A DNA stretch of 62,921 bases, counting the filler, from Reticulomyxa filosa (lineage: Eukaryota > Protista > Foraminifera): NCBI GenBank assembly GCA_000512085.1. It is 17 parts of 17 records of this genome, joined end to end, with 100 filler letters (N's around TTAATTAATTAA, not from the genome) between each part and the next. Parts side by side here need not be neighbours in the genome. Positions count along the whole stretch, not along the records: positions 59,697 to 62,921 come from ASPP01041623.1; 16 more parts are not named here. One strand, given 5' to 3'. The notes beneath the pieces were generated by a model, which ran no database searches, was not told the DNA's origin, and saw nothing but the letters and a program-made list of their open reading frames with translations. Position numbers and translations under genes: made by a program. Below, piece by piece: positions 61,904 to 62,921 of the stretch. How positions within the stretch are numbered: position 1 is the stretch's first letter; each line of letters starts with the position of its first letter.

Positions 61904-62588
61904 CTTAATATAAAAGCGAGTCACCTAAAATGACTTTTAAAAAATATCTACAAATCTTGTAGTTTTTAAATATGAAATGGTTTCATAATGTTTTTTTTTG
62001 GGTTAGAAACGTCGCCTTTTCACACGCTTTTTGAAAATTTTGCGGGAATACATACAAACCAAATGTCTGTGAAACAAAATTTTGTGATAATGTTTTAAAA
62101 AATAAGTTCAAATGTTTGTTTTTCATGTGAAAATCGACCATCTTCATAAGGTGGCATTTTGTGTTTGCAGTTTTTTCTACACTATACTGTATAATGGAAA
62201 ATGTTCTAATATTCTTCTTTTCAGACAATAAAATTAATAACAATTAATGTACCATCTGTTCGTTGTTTCTTTCCTGATGAGAAGTTTTCAATAGATATGA
62301 CATCTCAATCTCTTAGTAATATTGTTTTTGTTTTCTTTCACTCTAATCATGTTAATTACCGTAGTCAGTTTAGCATTGAAATGAATAAATTTTGTGATAT
62401 TTTAAACTGAAAATTTTTGTTCAAAATCTTGATCATATAGACAAACGCTACACTATTTGTATTTCAAAAGTTTTTGTTTGAAAGTTGAAGTGTCAGGGTC
62501 GTTTACAGTTTATTTAGCTCAAATCGCTTTTGTATTCTTTTTTAATACTTTTCTGCTTTCTTTATTCATTCCGTATAATTTGTTAAAC

Positions 62589-62894
62589 ATGCGCGAAATT
62601 GTGCAAATTCAAGCAGGCAAGTTGATTGTCTTGTTTTTTTCTGGGGTTGCAAAGTGATACCTTAGAAACACCTCCTTTTGAATCACTTTTAAATACAGGT
62701 CAATGTGGCAACCAAATTGGAGCAAAATTTTGGGAAGTAATGTGTGATGAGCACGGATTGGATGCAACCGGCAAGTTTACTGGAACTGACCGATCATTGA
62801 TAGAACGAATCAATGTATATTTTAATACAGTGAGGGAAACACGCTTTGTTCCGAGATGCATTTTAGTGGACTTAGAACCTGGGGTGTTGGACAG
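62589..62894 (+). CDS. TUBB: Beta-tubulin (divergent); 3' partial
   Basis: 62589-62616 + 62699-62894 read [10 protein letters not shown]|[21 protein letters not shown]...ERINVYF...[13 protein letters not shown]. Confidence 0.96.
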
Positions 62895-62921
62895 GTAACT
62901 TTAAGCTTACTCATACAATTT

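Noticed and set aside
1-62921. tRNA, rRNA, CRISPR or prokaryotic defence systems
   Set aside because: None seen. All identifiable genes are eukaryotic, most with spliceosomal introns.

Overview
This is not contiguous DNA. The window holds 17 short contigs joined by 16 artificial 100-bp spacers (N44-TTAATTAATTAA-N44), so genes on opposite sides of a spacer are not neighbours. The sequence is AT-rich eukaryotic genomic DNA read in the standard code, with many short spliceosomal introns full of poly-A, poly-T and (TA)n. Gene content and intron style suggest a foraminiferan such as Reticulomyxa (inference, not verified). Recognisable genes, most spliced and many truncated by contig ends: BIG/Sec7 Arf-GEF, CAP/PR-1 protein, TFIIS, FMO, RING protein, TLC-like membrane protein, a large degenerate EF-hand/SAM-like NADPH oxidase, FYVE-CaaX protein, DUF5692-like membrane protein, 2OG-Fe(II) oxygenase, AFG1/LACE1 ATPase, G-beta-like and WD40 proteins, Spg1/Tem1 GTPase, HSPA12, MRH-EGF receptor, TMEM120, WNK and two other kinases, caspase-like protein, Furry/MOR2-like fragment, BTB-BACK protein and beta-tubulin. 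Mobile or decayed DNA: a complete but dead Tc1 (DD34E) transposon with ~88-bp TIRs, a non-LTR retrotransposon relic and CAP-Gly pseudogenes. Most notable observations: (1) a ~35-aa module (I-I-x-x-W-x-R...G-[WY]-[IF]-x-E-[FM]-x-x-L-[IV]-x-x-Y) that ends at a phase-0 intron, found at the N-terminus of a WD40 protein and again as a hidden symmetric exon spliced onto the C-terminus of the neighbouring Spg1-like GTPase, a candidate exon-shuffled F-box/SOCS-box-like adaptor; (2) a NOX5-like protein with a SAM-like insertion and degenerate catalytic motifs; (3) a PB1-like + caspase fusion; (4) an intron-containing homologue of the mainly bacterial DUF5692 family.
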